This document shows positions 41,400-54,914 of a stretch of 64,000 nt of DNA, piece after piece. The first letter of the stretch is position 1. The number at the start of each line of letters is the position of its first letter. The translations under genes were made by a program, and so were the position numbers. Below the pieces are notes generated by a model. The model saw nothing but the letters and a program-made list of their open reading frames with translations, searched no databases and had not been told where the DNA came from. The stretch is from Camelus dromedarius (Eukaryota), in contig NC_087436.1 in the NCBI RefSeq assembly GCF_036321535.1, positions 68,946,001 to 69,010,000 on the forward strand, given 5' to 3'.

Positions 41400-42482
41400 C
41401 CCTCTTTCAGCTGAGGTTTAGAAGCAAGGAAACCAAATAGTCACAAGCACACTTAGCTCCCAGATCTTGGTTTCTAATACCATTCTCCCATAAAAGAAAC
41501 CAGAGATCCATGCAGAAATGGCTGATTTTAGGACTAGAGCAGGAAATACACAAGATGCACCCACAATATCTTGTAGTTCTGTAAAGAAAGTACTAAAAAG
41601 CAAACAAACAAAGAAAATGATGGTGGTATGCCAACTAGTTCGGACACAGAGGGCAACTGAAAGAGCTCCAAAGGTCAAATTTGGAACAATTTGAGAAACA
41701 AAGTATTGGATTATAATTTAAAGTATAAAATAAATATCCATGAGCATATACCGATATAAGTAAATGCTTAAAAAAAAAAGTGACAGAAAAGAGCCAAGTC
41801 TCTCATGCAGAAGAATTCCAAATAATTTATGTAGATACTCCATTCTCAAGAAAGTGGGATATAATTCTCCATTTCTTAAAGGCAGGCTGCAAATAGTAAT
41901 TTCCTTCCAAAGAGTATGGTATGGGAAGGGGAGGAAGAAGAGTAACTTTACAGTAGAGAAGTGTCACAAACACTGCCTCAGCCAGGTGACCAAGGTCAAC
42001 ATTACCAGTAATAAACCATGTTGATGGCACATAATAGTGTAATGAAAATGGCACTTTACCTCTAGGGTCTTCCTCCCCAAAACCTGTGACAGCAGTCTAA
42101 TCATCAGAAAAACATTAGACAAACCTTAATTGAAGGACATTCTCCAAAATACCTGTCCAGTATTCCTCAAAATTATCAAGGTCATCAAAATAAGATAAGT
42201 TTGAGAAACTGTCACAGACAAAATGATCCTAAGGAGACATGAGAACTAAATATAATACAGTAGCTGGAATGGTGTCCTAGAACAGAAAAAGGACATTAGG
42301 GGAAAAAACTGAAGAAATGTAAGTAAGGACTTCATTTAATAATAGTGTACTAATATTGGTTCATTAATTATAACAAATAAGCCATATTAATGTAAGATGT
42401 TAACAACAGAGAACAGTACGGGTGTATAGACACTGCACTTTTCTGTAAACCTAAAACTGTCTAAAATTAAAAGTTTATTTAA
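41400..42482 (+). mobile_element. L1MC/L1MD-type 3'UTR
   Basis: cacacttagctcccagatcttggtttctaataccattctcc; gagtaactttacagtagagaa; ends ttttctgtaaacctaaaactgtctaaaattaaaagtttatt. Confidence 0.78.
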
Positions 42483-43450
42483 AAACTTTTAACCAAAACA
42501 TTTGCCTTTTAAAAAAGGAAAAAGGAATTGTGATCTCGCCAAGAGCCACTGACATTAATTTTAATTACACCAATTGAAAACTAGATTAGTTAAAGTATAA
42601 ATTTTGATAACCTAACAAATGAGTTTCCATAAATGTACACCAAATGTTTTATAATAAACCAAGGTATTATATTATAAATTGTTACTGTTTATTGTGAGAG
42701 AAATAGTTGTATTTTTGCAGTTTATTGGTTTATAATCTTACTCATGTACCATCGATATCCCTATTATGTTTTACAAGTAGTTAAATATTTTTAGAGGACA
42801 AAGCTTAATAGGGACCTCAAATTTTCACATTTCACTAGGCCCCACAAATTATGTAGCTGACTTATTTCTACATCATAGGGCTTTTAGGAAGTTAAATGAG
42901 ATCATTTATGTTAAGCACTTAGCTTACCACCTGCTACGTAGGAAATGCTCAGTTAACAGTAAGTATTGTTACTGAGGAGTTATTGTCAATGCCCAGATTT
43001 TGATGCCCACGAAAAATCATTCTTCAGAGAACATCTGTAATACCTCAGTTGAATTTTTAACTAATTGGGAGCAAAGCCACTTTAAGACCCAACCAATTGG
43101 TGTTACATAGCTGGTGGGAGATACTGGCATACATATTTGCATGTAAAATTAAATATTTGAGAAGGAAAAAAGGTGTGGCAAAATACAGTTCAGGAACAGC
43201 TTCTGCTTTGAACAAGATTTGCTGATTTCCTGTTGCTGTAACGAACATTTTCAGTACTTTGTTTCCTTTAATCCTCACAGTGCTGTGACGTGTACAGCAC
43301 AAAGCTGAAAGCAGACTGAGATCAGGCAAGTGGAGTAAACTTTTCAGACCACAATATGAGTAACAGAATCGGGAAGGGAACTCACTGTTTCTTACTTCCA
43401 GGTAGTTTTCATCACCTCACATTTCCCATGGTACAGGTACTATTTTCATT

Positions 43451-44323
43451 TTTTTTAATAAAGGTATAGTTGATTCACAATGTTAATGTAAGTTTCATAT
43501 GTAGAACATAGTAATTCACAATTTTTAAAGGTTATACTCCATTTATTGTTATTGTAAAATATTGGCTATATTCCCTGTGCTGTATCCTTGTAGTTTATTT
43601 TATATATAGTAGTGTGTACCTCTTAATACCTATCCCTATCTTGTCCCTCCCCCTACTCTGTCCCCACTAATAACCAGTAGTGTGTTCTCTAGATCTGTGA
43701 GTCTGTTTCTTTTTTGTTATATTCACTAGTTTTTTTTATTCTTTAGGTTTCACATATAAGTAATATCATACAGTATTTGTCTTTCTCTGCCTGACTTACT
43801 TCACTAAGCATAATACCCTCCAAGTTCCTCCGTGTCCTTGCAGATGGCAAAATTTCATTCTTTTTTATGGCTGAGTGGTTTTCCATTGTACCACATCTTT
43901 ATCTGTCCATCTGTTGATTGACACTTAGGTGGCTTCCATATCTTGGCTATTGTAAATAATGCTGTTTTGAGCATCAGAGTGCATATATCCTTCTGAATTA
44001 ATGTTTTCAGTTTTCTTTGAATATATACCCAGGAGTGGAATTGCTGGATCATATGGTAGTTCTATTTAGTTTTTTGAGGAACCGCCAGACTGTTTTCCAC
44101 AGTGGCTGCACCAGTTTTCATTCCCACCAGCAGTGTACAATCCTGGGTTCCCTTTTCTTCACATCCTCACCAACAGTTATTAGTTGTGGCCTTTATTTAT
44201 GATAGCCATTCTGACAGGTGTAAGGTGATATCCCATTGTGGGTTTTGATTTGCATTTCTCTGATGATTAGTGATGTTGAGCATCTTTTCATGTGTCTGTT
44301 GGCCATCTGTATGTCATCTCTGG
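43451..44323 (-). mobile_element. 5'-truncated L1 (ORF2 C-terminus and 3'UTR) with TSD
   Basis: ORF 43855..44052 KTLIQKDICTLMLKTALFTIAKIWKPPKC is the L1 ORF2 tail; 15-bp TSD ggtactattttcatt (43436-43450) / ggtactatttgcttt (44324-44338). Confidence 0.88.
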
Positions 44324-44517
44324 GGTACTATTTGCTTTGGTTAACATTTCCTCACTTTAATGCATATTGCAAAATGATTGGATATCTTTAACAAACATAG
44401 TTTGAACAGGTAAGAATTAAGAATGACTTGTTCCCCTACCTCTTTTACAAGTTTAGCTTCCAGTTTTTTCTTATAATGACTACAATCCTATATCATGAGC
44501 TCATTCCCTTCCAGCTC

Positions 44518-45383
44518 TGTTGGGTTATGCCTGGAGCCAGCTTTTGTTTAACTCTTGATTTTAGACCATAATTTTCTCTGCAGGATGGTCCTGATAATCC
44601 TCTAGACGATCTCCTGGCATACCTGGCCTAGCACATCAGCACAGACCATAGAGGAGGGATTTCAGACTTTGTTGGAGAAAAGCTTGTTGATGTCTTCATG
44701 GTGGGAACCATGTTTTTATGACATTCTACCTGCTTGGCCAGCCAGTCCCATTGAGGTGGCTGCTCTCAGTCCCTCATGGGATTCTCAAGCAAGTCCTGAC
44801 AGCATGTTATCTCATTCTTTACTCTGCACCTCTTGCTTACCACCTGGGCTTTTCCTTTGCTTGTGAGACACACTGGAGGTGCACTGGATTGCCCAGCTAG
44901 GTCTGTGAGACTTAAGTCTATACATGGACTGGTGGGAAGTATAGTATCACTGGCTTGTTTCTGTTCACTAGCTTACCTCATGCACTGTGGTAGGTGCTAT
45001 GAATGCTGTCACTGCTGTCTTGGGATTTAGCTTCCTCATGGCTGCTGGAAGGACCAGGTGGTGGTACAACCTAAAAATGTGTCACTGTTGGTTCACCATA
45101 TGGTGAACTTTGTTCAGAGGCAAACAGGAGAAGGTAGTTGAACTCTTCTCTCTCTCACTGGTCAGACTATTCAGAAACAAAGTAGCTTATACAGACTTTC
45201 TGAAGATACTACAATCACTTTGTATAAGGCTCTGGCCAGACTGGTAAGCTACCTCATTGCTTTTGCTTTTCATTCCTTCCTGCTCATTGGCCCCTTTCCC
45301 TCACTCCTTCCCTAGAATTACATGCCCCACCAAAGTAAAGTTTTCGCCAAAGTTCTGTTTTCTAGGAAATCCAGACTGAGATA
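44518..45383 (+). mobile_element. Possible ancient ERVL-type LTR relic
   Basis: 3' end ...agtaaag...ttctgttttctaggaaatccagactgagata resembles ERVL LTR termini; the 5' boundary is uncertain. Confidence 0.4.
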
Positions 45384-46769
45384 GTTAGTGATCCTAAGAT
45401 CCCCTTTCTGCCAAGAGTCAAATCCTATTCACCTTATTGAAAAAGATCAGCAATAGCTTTAAATTGTAAAAACAAAATCTTTGTGAACTTAACAGTTAAC
45501 TGATTGAGAGATAAAAGTGGGACAGAAGAATCCTATCTACTGGGCTCTAAGAAAGTAGAGGAAGTTGCATTACTAGGAGAACAATGACAAATTTCACAGG
45601 TTTACAGACAGTATGGTGAGTGGAAAGCAGTTGCACATGCAACTATTCAAGGCTTTAGTACTGAAAAAAATCTTGATTTGTAAGAGGTGGTGTTCAGGAT
45701 TTTCAGTGACAGACATATCAGAAATAACTGATGTAGTAATAGGTGAGTATATGGATAAACAAGTTATTCCATGTGTAATTGTTTGCTTGCTTGCTTACTA
45801 CTGTGATTTATATTAATGCATACTCTTCATTCATGGCCAAATAACCAGAGCAAATTTATCCAAGTAATGTGTTTAAATAATAACAACCAGACTTGAGAGA
45901 AGAAGAGCACAGCATGACCACTATTTCCACACTCCTCTCATGGGTTAAGACAACCCTGTCAAATCCTTGGGAGAGGAAATTCAGTGACGTAAAATACTTT
46001 AATGGAGCTATCAACTTGTGCCCTACAATTAGTAGTAATCTAATTTATACGTCAGAATAAAGAGAAACGAATAAACATGACAAGGGATCAAATAATGTGA
46101 CGATATTAAAAAATCAGATGTCTCCTGACATAATACTATATATTGAGTCTTTTGGATCACACCAAACTTCTTATCAAACATATCCTTTGATGGCCTGCTT
46201 GCTTAATGTATATGCACAGAGCTTGTTTCTGTTACACTTAAGCAATTTCATGACACTTGATCATTTTCTTGTGGTGGCTGAGGCTGCAGGAGTTCAGATG
46301 CACTGGTAATGGATGACTGGTCATCCAAGTGACAACACACATGGCCTAATTCTAAATAATACGTTAGAGGTTTAACCTGTCTGAGGTTAGGGGAAACTCT
46401 GATTAATGTCTTAATCATTTGAGCACTGAAATGAAGAGTCATGTCATAGTCTTATATCTCAAAAGCAATGTTCTTTCACCGGATTAAGCTGCAGTCTTTT
46501 AGAATAAAGACTCATTTCCCTCTTATGTGTGTCATAATTGGGCCAATTCTTCTGTGGCATCTCTAATATTAATAAGAAATTCTCAAAAGAAAAAAAAAAA
46601 AAGAAATTCTCATTTCAGGCAAAGGACCAGTGGATGATTGTAAAGAAGAAGTAAAAAAATCTGTTGCTATTTTAACTTAAATTATTCACTAAGAAGACAA
46701 AGATCACTGAATATAAGGTAATCAGTTCATTTGCCTTGTAGTATGCATTTGAAACTGGTACTTTGTAGA

Positions 46770-47080
46770 CTTGTTTATTTATTCAGCAAATATTTACTGG
46801 AGGCCTACCATCTAGAGGCACTGTTCTAGGTGCTGGTGTTTTGGTACTGAATACAACAAAAGTCCTTGCCTTCATGGTAGCTTGAGAGGTAGTCAAAGAG
46901 AGGAGACAGGGAGTAAACAAATAAATACATAATATAATTCCAGATTGCTTTTGGTACTATGAAACAAATTAAAGCAGAATGAGGGCTAGGAAGTGAAGAG
47001 GGCCTGGGCACTACTTCAAGTAGTGGAATGAGAGAAATCTCTCTGGGCAAGTGAGATTTAAGTTGAGACCTGAAGAATGG
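46770..47080 (-). mobile_element. L2 3' end
   Basis: ttattcagcaaatatttactggaggcctacc...aggcactgttctaggtgctgg...gtccttgccttcatggtagctt. Confidence 0.8.
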
Positions 47081-47658
47081 AATTCTTTGATAAATATTAA
47101 ACCATTTTTAATTCAACAGCTCTTTTAAATAAATTTATATTTTATGAATTTCAACAGCAGCTTTACACGTTTGGAGGTGGAAAGTAATAGATATTCACTA
47201 TAAGGCATTGTTTGGAGCACTAACGGATTTGAGGGTTCCTTATGATAACTGTGCACACACTCCTTCATTTAGGGCTCCAAAGCTGGGAAGCACTTCTCTA
47301 AATTAACCCCATATGCCCCGTCCTATCCCTCTGCTCCTTAATGTGTATTTCTTTCCTAGATTGCTCAAATGTGCCACCTTCATTGCTTTGTTCAAGTTCA
47401 TTATTCCCCTCGCCTGAAATGCCAGCCTTTACCCACACTGTCTACCTGACCAAATTCTCCCTTCCCATCAAGGCCTAAACCCCTTGAAAGCTTCTCTAAT
47501 GATACATCATAGTTTGGGTGCGTAGGGGGTACTATCTACTAGGCACTGTATTTAATACTTTATGTTTGTTATATTATGTATAAGCCTTGGTACTATTAGC
47601 ATTCCTACTTTGTAGACAAGGACATGAGGTCTTGGGGAGTTTAAGAAACTTGCCTAAG

Positions 47659-49778
47659 TAGAGAGAGAAATAAAAGGGATCCAAATTGTAAAAGAAGACA
47701 TAAAAGTGTCACTATATGCAGCTGACATGATACTATATATAGAAAACCCTAAAAGGTCCACACAAAAACTACTAGAACTAATTGTAGAATTCAGCAAGGT
47801 AGCAGGTTACAAGATTAATGTACAAAAATCAGTTGCATTTCTTTACACTAACGATGAATCAACTGTAAAAGAAAGTAAAGAAACAATCCCCTTTAAAATA
47901 GCACCTGAAGTAATAAAATACCTAGGAATAAATCTTACCAAGGAGGTGAAAGACTTATACACGGAGAACTATAAAACATTGATTAAGGAAAATTAAAGAA
48001 GACTTTAAAAAATGGAAAGATATCCCATGCTCCTGGATTGGAAGAATCAATATTGTTAAAATGGTCATACTGCTCAAGGCAATCTACAGATTTAATGAAA
48101 TCCCTATCAAATTACCCAGGACATATTTCACAGAACTAGAACAAATCATAATAAAATTTATATGGAACCCTCAAAGACCTTGAATTGCCAAAGCATTACT
48201 GAAGAAAAAGAAAGAGGCTGGAGGAATAACTCTCTAAGACTTCAGAAAATACTATAGAGCTACAGCCATGAAGACAGCATGGTATTGGTACAGAAACAGA
48301 CATATGGACCAATGGAACAGAATAGAGAGCCCAGAAATGAACCCACAAACTTCTGATCAACTCATCTTCAACAAAGGAGGCAAGAATATACAATGGAATA
48401 AAGACAGTCTCTTCAGCAAGTGCTGTTGGGAAAACTGGACAGCTGCATGTAAATCAGTGAAGCTAGAACACTCCCTTACACCATATACAAAAATCAACTC
48501 AGAATGGATCAAAGACTTAAACATAAGACAAGATACAGTAAACCTCCTAGAAGAAAATATAGGCAAAACATTATCTGACATACATCTCAAAAATGTTCTC
48601 CTAGGACAGTCTACTCAAGCAATAGAAATAAAAGCAAGAATAAACAAATGGGACCTAATGAAACTTACAAGCTTCTGCACAGCAAAGGAAACCATAAGCA
48701 AAACAAAATGACAACCTACAGAATGGGAGATAATTTTTGCAAAAGATGAAACCGACAAAGGCTTGATCTCCAAAATATATAAGCAGCTCATACGACTTAA
48801 TGAGAAAAAAACAAACAGCCCAGTCCGAAAATGGGCAGAAGACCTAAAGCAAGCAATTCTCCAAGGAAGAAATACAAATGATCAATACGCACATGAGAAA
48901 ATGCTCAATATCACTAATTATCAGAGAAATGCAAATCAAAACTACAATGAGGTATCACCTCACACCAGTCAGAATGGCCATCATTCAAAAGTCCACAAAT
49001 GACAAATGCTGGAGAGGCTGTGGAGAAAAGGGAACCCTCCTACACTGCTGGTGGGAATGCACTTTGGTGCAGCCATTGTGGAAAACAGTATGGAGATTCC
49101 TCAAAAGACTAGGAATAGACTTACCATAAGACCCATAATCCCATGCCTGGACATATATCCAGAAGGAACCCTACTTCAAAAAGACACCTGCACCCCAATG
49201 TTCATAGCAGCACTATTTACAATAGCCAAGTCATGGAAACAGCCTAAATGTCCATCAACAGATGACTGGATAAAGAAGAAGTGGTATATTTATACAATGG
49301 AATACTACTCAGCCATAAAAACTGACAACATAACACCATTTGCAGCAACATGGATGTTCCTGGAGAATGTCATTCTAAGTGAAGTAAGCCAGAAAGAGAA
49401 AGAAAAATACCATATGAGATCTCTCATATGTGGAATCTAAAAAAAAAAAAAACATAAATACAAAACAGAAACAGACTCATAGACATAGAATACAAACTTG
49501 TGGTTGCCAAGGGGGCGGGGGGTGGGTAGAGACAGACTGGGAGTTTGAAATTTATAGATGCTGACAGGCATGTGTAGAATAGATAAACAAGATTATACTG
49601 TATAGCACAGGGAAATATATACGAGATCTTGAGGTAGCTCACAGTGAAAAAGAATGCAATGATGAATATGTGTATGTCATGTATATCTGAAAAATTGTGC
49701 TCTACACTGGAAATTGACTCAACATTGTAAAATGACTATAACTCAATAAAAAAAGTAAAAAAAAAAAAAAAAAAGAAG
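47659..49778 (+). mobile_element. Relatively young 5'-truncated L1 (ORF2 from the RT C-terminal part, 3'UTR, poly(A)), inserted in a MIR
   Basis: ORF2 peptides in supplied ORFs 47706, 48268, 48878 and 49006 ending ...KYHMRSLICGI*; several stops and frameshifts; AATAAA 49745-49750 plus A-tail; TSD core aagaaacttg at 47643-47652 and 49779-49788. Confidence 0.95.
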
Positions 49779-50094
49779 AAGAAACTTGTCATACAGATGG
49801 GCACAGCAACGTCAGATTCCAGCTCAGGTCTGACAATTCTGATGTCCATGATTTACACCATTCAGAGACAATGATTCCATCTCGATATGATCTCACCATC
49901 TTAGAATGCTTACAGAAAGTTGTCTTCCTAACTTGGTCCTGGCTTGTTTGTCCACTAGTATTTCATATACTTAGTGTATACTTCCCAAGTTTGTAGGCAA
50001 GGAGCATATTTTGTACTTCTTGAGCAGATTCAATAAAAATAAGTATGGTTCTGAACATATGTAAATTCAGAAAATACTTGGTGGTCCACCTGCA

Positions 50095-50419
50095 GTGGGG
50101 ACAAGTAGGCCCCTCCTGCACACAGATGGGTTGGACCCTACCAGCAGCTGTAGCTGCTCCCTGGCCAGCCAGGCCCTCCAGTGCAGTGTGGCCATCCACC
50201 GGCAGGCCAGGCAGAAGCAGCAGCAGCAGGAGGAGTGTTACATTTACTACAACCTCTTGGACAGGTGCAACTGTGGAGAGTGCTACCCCTGCTTCAGGGG
50301 ATTTGCAGTAACAGCTGCTGTCCTACAGGACCCCACTGGGTGCAAAGTACAAGAAGAAACTCACAGGGATGTGCCCTGACTTCTCCCTCAGGGACATCTG
50401 CCTCCTGGGCACCCAGTGA
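50095..50419 (+). pseudogene. ZC3H3: Processed pseudogene fragment of ZC3H3 (CCCH zinc-finger region)
   Basis: Three frames give SRPLLHTDGLDPTSSCSCSLASQALQCSVAIHRQARQKQQQQEECYIYYNLLDRCNCGECYP, then GICSNSCCP, then PLGAKYKKKLTGMCPDFSLRDICLLGTQ*. These align in order with recalled ZC3H3 SLASRAVQRSLAIIRQARQ...EYCMYYNRFGRCNRGERCPY / GICSNSNCPY / PLGAKCKKKHTLLCPDFARRGACPRGAQC. Confidence 0.82.
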
Positions 50420-51638
50420 TGTGAAATGGAGTTTAAACATCTAAAACCGGCACTTACTCCAGTTATCTTGCATCTGAGTTTGCTGTGCATTTATACTTTC
50501 ACTTATACTTCACTAGATCATATGTTTTCTACAGTGGAATCCATTACTTAATACATATACATTTATCATGGAACTTGATACTGTCCTTTGCAGAAGTGAA
50601 TTTTAAAAGTAGAACTTAATCTGTGCGTCTTCCCATTTTTAACCTCCTTTAGATGTGATACCACGCTCATTAAAAATTGTCCTCTGGGCTGTTAGTTATC
50701 TCCATACATTTTGATACCTGGTCCAAATTGATAAGAATATGCACACATCATCTCAGTTTATACTCCTTGTTTACCCGAAATAAGGATTGAAAGGGAAGTT
50801 TTTCCTTTGTATATTCTCTTATCTCCTGGTGGGACTATACTTTGTCCCTTCATGAGAACTGTCAAGTAACTATGCAAGTTTGACAATAATGGAAAATTTG
50901 TGAGGCCTGATACTTGGGTTGTAACGCCCTCTGCTGGGAGAAATGATAAAACATAGGTGTTCTGCTCGCAAAAGAAAAAAAAAAAAAGTCCAGATTTCAG
51001 AGGTAAAAATTAAATACTTATTATCTTTTAAGCAAATGTATGTGTGTAGACATAGTTTATACAGAAAAATAATTCAAAATAATTCATTATTCAAATACTA
51101 AGCTATTTTGGTAATTTAAAACATTCAGTTTATAAAAACTGGATTAACATAAATTTCAGTAACACATTGTGGAGGGCAAGACTGTATATTGTATGTATCA
51201 CATATAAATATGTCCCATTTGAGCTTAAAGAAACATAATTATAGCTTTTCATTTCTTTGTGGCTGTGCAGTCATATGATTTTTTAGGACTGTTTGATGCA
51301 AAATTTTCAATCTTGTCAAATTTTATATCAAGCCATACATCCCAATTTAAGGTAGGGGAAAGTATATTCACCATATTAATGAATATCTCATCTCAATATC
51401 AGACTTGTGACTTAAAATTAACCATTTAGGTTGGCATTTTTAACAAAGCTTTTCCTTTGGTTATAAAGTAACCATGCTCATTATGGAAAATTTAAAAATC
51501 ACCAGAATTAACTGTTGAAATCGTCCTGTATTTCCTTTTAGTCTTTTTTGTGCATATTTTATACAGTAGAGACAAACTACATAGTAGTTTTGTATAACTT
51601 TTTTCTCTTAACATTATGATATAAATTTGTTTGATTCT

Positions 51639-51755
51639 GGGGGGAGGATATAGCTCAGTGGTATACCATGTGTCTAACATGCACAGGGTCCTGGGTTCAA
51701 CCCCCATTAAAAATAAATAAAAACCTAATTACTTCCATCCTAAAAATAAAATAAA
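51639..51755 (+). mobile_element. Camelid vic-1-type tRNA-derived SINE
   Basis: ggggggaggatatagctcagtggta...gtcctgggttcaacccc...aaataaataaaaacctaattac; A box 51651-51661, B box 51694-51703; 18-bp TSD ataaatttgtttgattct (51621-51638) / ataaatttgtgtaattct (51756-51773). Confidence 0.88.
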
Positions 51756-52654
51756 ATAAATTTGTGTAATTCTTGTCTTCTCTCTGTATAGTACCTGCTT
51801 CTCTTTCCCTTCTTTGAGGTCTCCACCTCTCCTTCTACTCATTTTTGATCAGAAGCTACAGCATGAATCTTCCTATTAGTCATCATTCTGGTTGATTAAC
51901 AGAGCCCTTAACTTACTCTTAGAAACTCTCTGTTCTTGGCAGGAGTAGAAATTAGTGCCAGGGGTCTGTTTTAAATAACTAGGCTAGGCCAGAGAAATAT
52001 ATGGGTCTCAAAATATCCAAGTGTTCGCTCACATTTTTCAGCCCCTTTAAGTTAGAAGGGGCCGTTTGAGGGGTTATGGTTACTGGTCCAGGAGCATTAG
52101 TGGATATCTGTTCAGTTCTGTTAGTGGAGCTACTAGCAGCTCTCTCTTCTCTGCCATGGAGCATGCAGGCCACATGTTCACGTGGCACAGCCACAAGGCA
52201 AAAGCAGCCCGGGTTGCTGATCCAGCTGCCTTGGAGAGTCATCCTACTGGAAATAGTCTATGAGGGAGAAGTCAATTTTGATGTGTTAAACTGTGGAGAT
52301 TCAGGTGTGTGCTAGCAGGGTACAGTCTAGCCTGTCCTGACTAATGCACGGATGCTCTGTTCAGTTACGGTGTTTGACAGTGTGTCTTCTCTGTTTGGGA
52401 TGTCTTTCCCATGTACCTCCACGCCTTTACCAAGAAGTCTTACCCTCTTGTTCATTTTATAGGGCTTATCCTCGGGGCACTTTCTCTAATAAATCTTTGA
52501 TTGCCACACCTCCTTTCTGAGTTAGTTGCCTCTTCCACGTGCTTCTGTCATATATAGGTATATGAATGAATTATTCTTGGTTATTTATGTATTGATAAGA
52601 TTATTTTGTGGGTATTGGTTATGTACACTTCCCTTTACAACAATTAGCACAGAT

Positions 52655-52850
52655 CAGAGGTTTTAAAAGTGTGGTCTACTGACCCTTGAGAGTCTCTAAG
52701 ACCCTTTCAAAGAGGTCTGTGAAATCAAACCAATGTTGTAAAAGTAGTGGTGGTGAAAACTGCTAGCACCTTAGCAAGGCAGTGGAATGAAACTTTATCA
52801 GGAGTCAACTGTATCACTGTATTTTTCACACACACTTTCAAAAAGTGTGT
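52655..52850 (+). mobile_element. hAT-Charlie (Charlie1-like) terminal fragment
   Basis: cagaggttttaaaagtgtggtc...agaccctttcaaagaggtctgtgaaatcaaa. Confidence 0.6.
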
Positions 52851-54914
52851 GATGATTATTGACCAGACATCAAGTTTCCAGACTTGGCAGACAATGAACT
52901 CTCTGAGGTTTGAGTTCTTCTGGCACAAACTGAATGAATACCAGGCATAATCCTTTCAAGTCATCATTGGTTTCCTTTTCTTAATCTCATATCTTGAAAG
53001 TACAATATTTTAGTGTGTAATACATAATATACATTGCCATAAATGTTCAAAACACTTACATTTGAAACTTCCTTTTTATTATACATTAACTGCATGAGTG
53101 TTGTTATGCACATTTAATTAATTTATATGAAATATTTAAGGTAAATGTTTCTAATCAAAACTACCTGTGCCAAATTTTGCACTATTCTTAACATAATGAT
53201 AACATCAAGACTATCAGAAAACAAATTTTAAATTATCATTTCATAGATAAAGGAACCAAATTAGTAGTTCTTTTTCTAAAGTTACCAGTTTATATAATTA
53301 ATTAGAATATACTTTAAGTTGTAACTTTTTGTTTATGGTAACTCCATCATTTAAAAATATTCACAGAATTTTCCATCTGTTTTGAATACAGTATGAGTTG
53401 AAATTATGCTGACTGGCAGCACTTGACTTAAAAAAATAGCCAATAAAATTTTATATATAAAGCAGCTTCTTCTGCATTGTTACTTCCCATTACAAAGTTT
53501 GTCATTAACAAACTTATATTTAATAAAATACGGAATATAGTATAAGTAACATGTATTTAAAAGATGAAATGATTTGTCAATTAGGCTCCATAAAGCTCTT
53601 TTCATTTTGCATAAAAAATTGAGATGCACATTTATTTGTAATAAATTGATTTTTTCACAAAAAATAAAATTTATTATTCCACATTAATAAACTCTAGCCC
53701 TCATTAAACACAGGGAGCAAAGAAGATTTTAAGTCCAAAATGGGGTTCTGACAAGGGTTCACGTTAAACAATTCAACTATTGCGGAAGCTGCATCTGAAG
53801 TCTTAGAAACATGTAATTACAGAATTAATAAAAACCTTAATGGTCACTAGTATCACTCTTCTCCACTTATAATTCCACCTACACTTCAAAAACCAAATCT
53901 TTGAAATCTTTATGCCCTCTCCGGATGAGTAGATATCCAGTTTCTACTTAAACCCTTCATCATCCTCCTGAAAGAAGGTAGTTTTATTGCTTTTGTTATT
54001 TTTCCTCTTTCTTAGATGGCTCACAGGAGCAGTTGTCAGGAAGGTTACCCCAGTATAAAAAGGCACACAAAAATGTAAACTCTTAACATCTCTGGTCAAA
54101 GTCACTTCCTTATTATGAATTTCTGTGATGGACTGAGGCAGAATGATGTACAGTGGATGTTATTCTGAGTTTTCCGCAAGGTTTTTAATGTCTTCCTGTC
54201 TCAATTCCTTCACCTGTAAATTTAGGATAATAGTAGGGTACTTCATAGGACATACGGATTGATTGGGACAATACATGTAAAATTATTAGAATCGCATATA
54301 GTAAGGACTCACTAAATGTTAAGCTTTATCGTTTAATTGATGATGGTGATGCAGTATTTGATGTTAATTATGACAGTGGGTTAAATATCAAGGCAGTTAA
54401 CTAGAATTTAATATGCTGAGACTTCTTTAAGAGATGTTGGTCTTTGAAAATTTTAGGAAACTAGGATTACACATGATAGAAAAGAATTGAAAAATACCAT
54501 TTAAAAACAAATTTGTGAAATTTAGGACAACTCCATTATATGGCTGCACATGATAGGTACTTACTTTTTCAGATATTTGATAGAAAAATGATTATCAGTA
54601 GACTGAGTAAAATTCATATTTTCTGAGTGGAGAAAATTCAGTAGGTAAATTATTTTATCTTTGTACAATCCAGGTAATTGGAAATTATATAAAATTTAAA
54701 TCCTCTGTGTAAGGACTATTGTGAAGACTCTAAGGCAGATTTTCAGTAAATTTGAGTTAAAAAAAATTAATATTACAAACTGAAGTTACTTAACTTGTGA
54801 GGACTGTACGGTTCATAAAACAGGACACTATGCTCACGTCCACAAATTGTGAGTCCAAGAATATGGCAAATAATATTTCTCCCTATAAAACAGCCAGCTA
54901 TAAGGACAGGGTGT

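Noticed and set aside
47706..49440. Functional L1 ORF2 or a host gene
   Set aside because: 5'-truncated, with multiple stops and frameshifts and a mutated RT motif.
51639..51710. tRNA gene
   Set aside because: No intact cloverleaf or acceptor stem; the A-rich tail and TSD mark it as a SINE.
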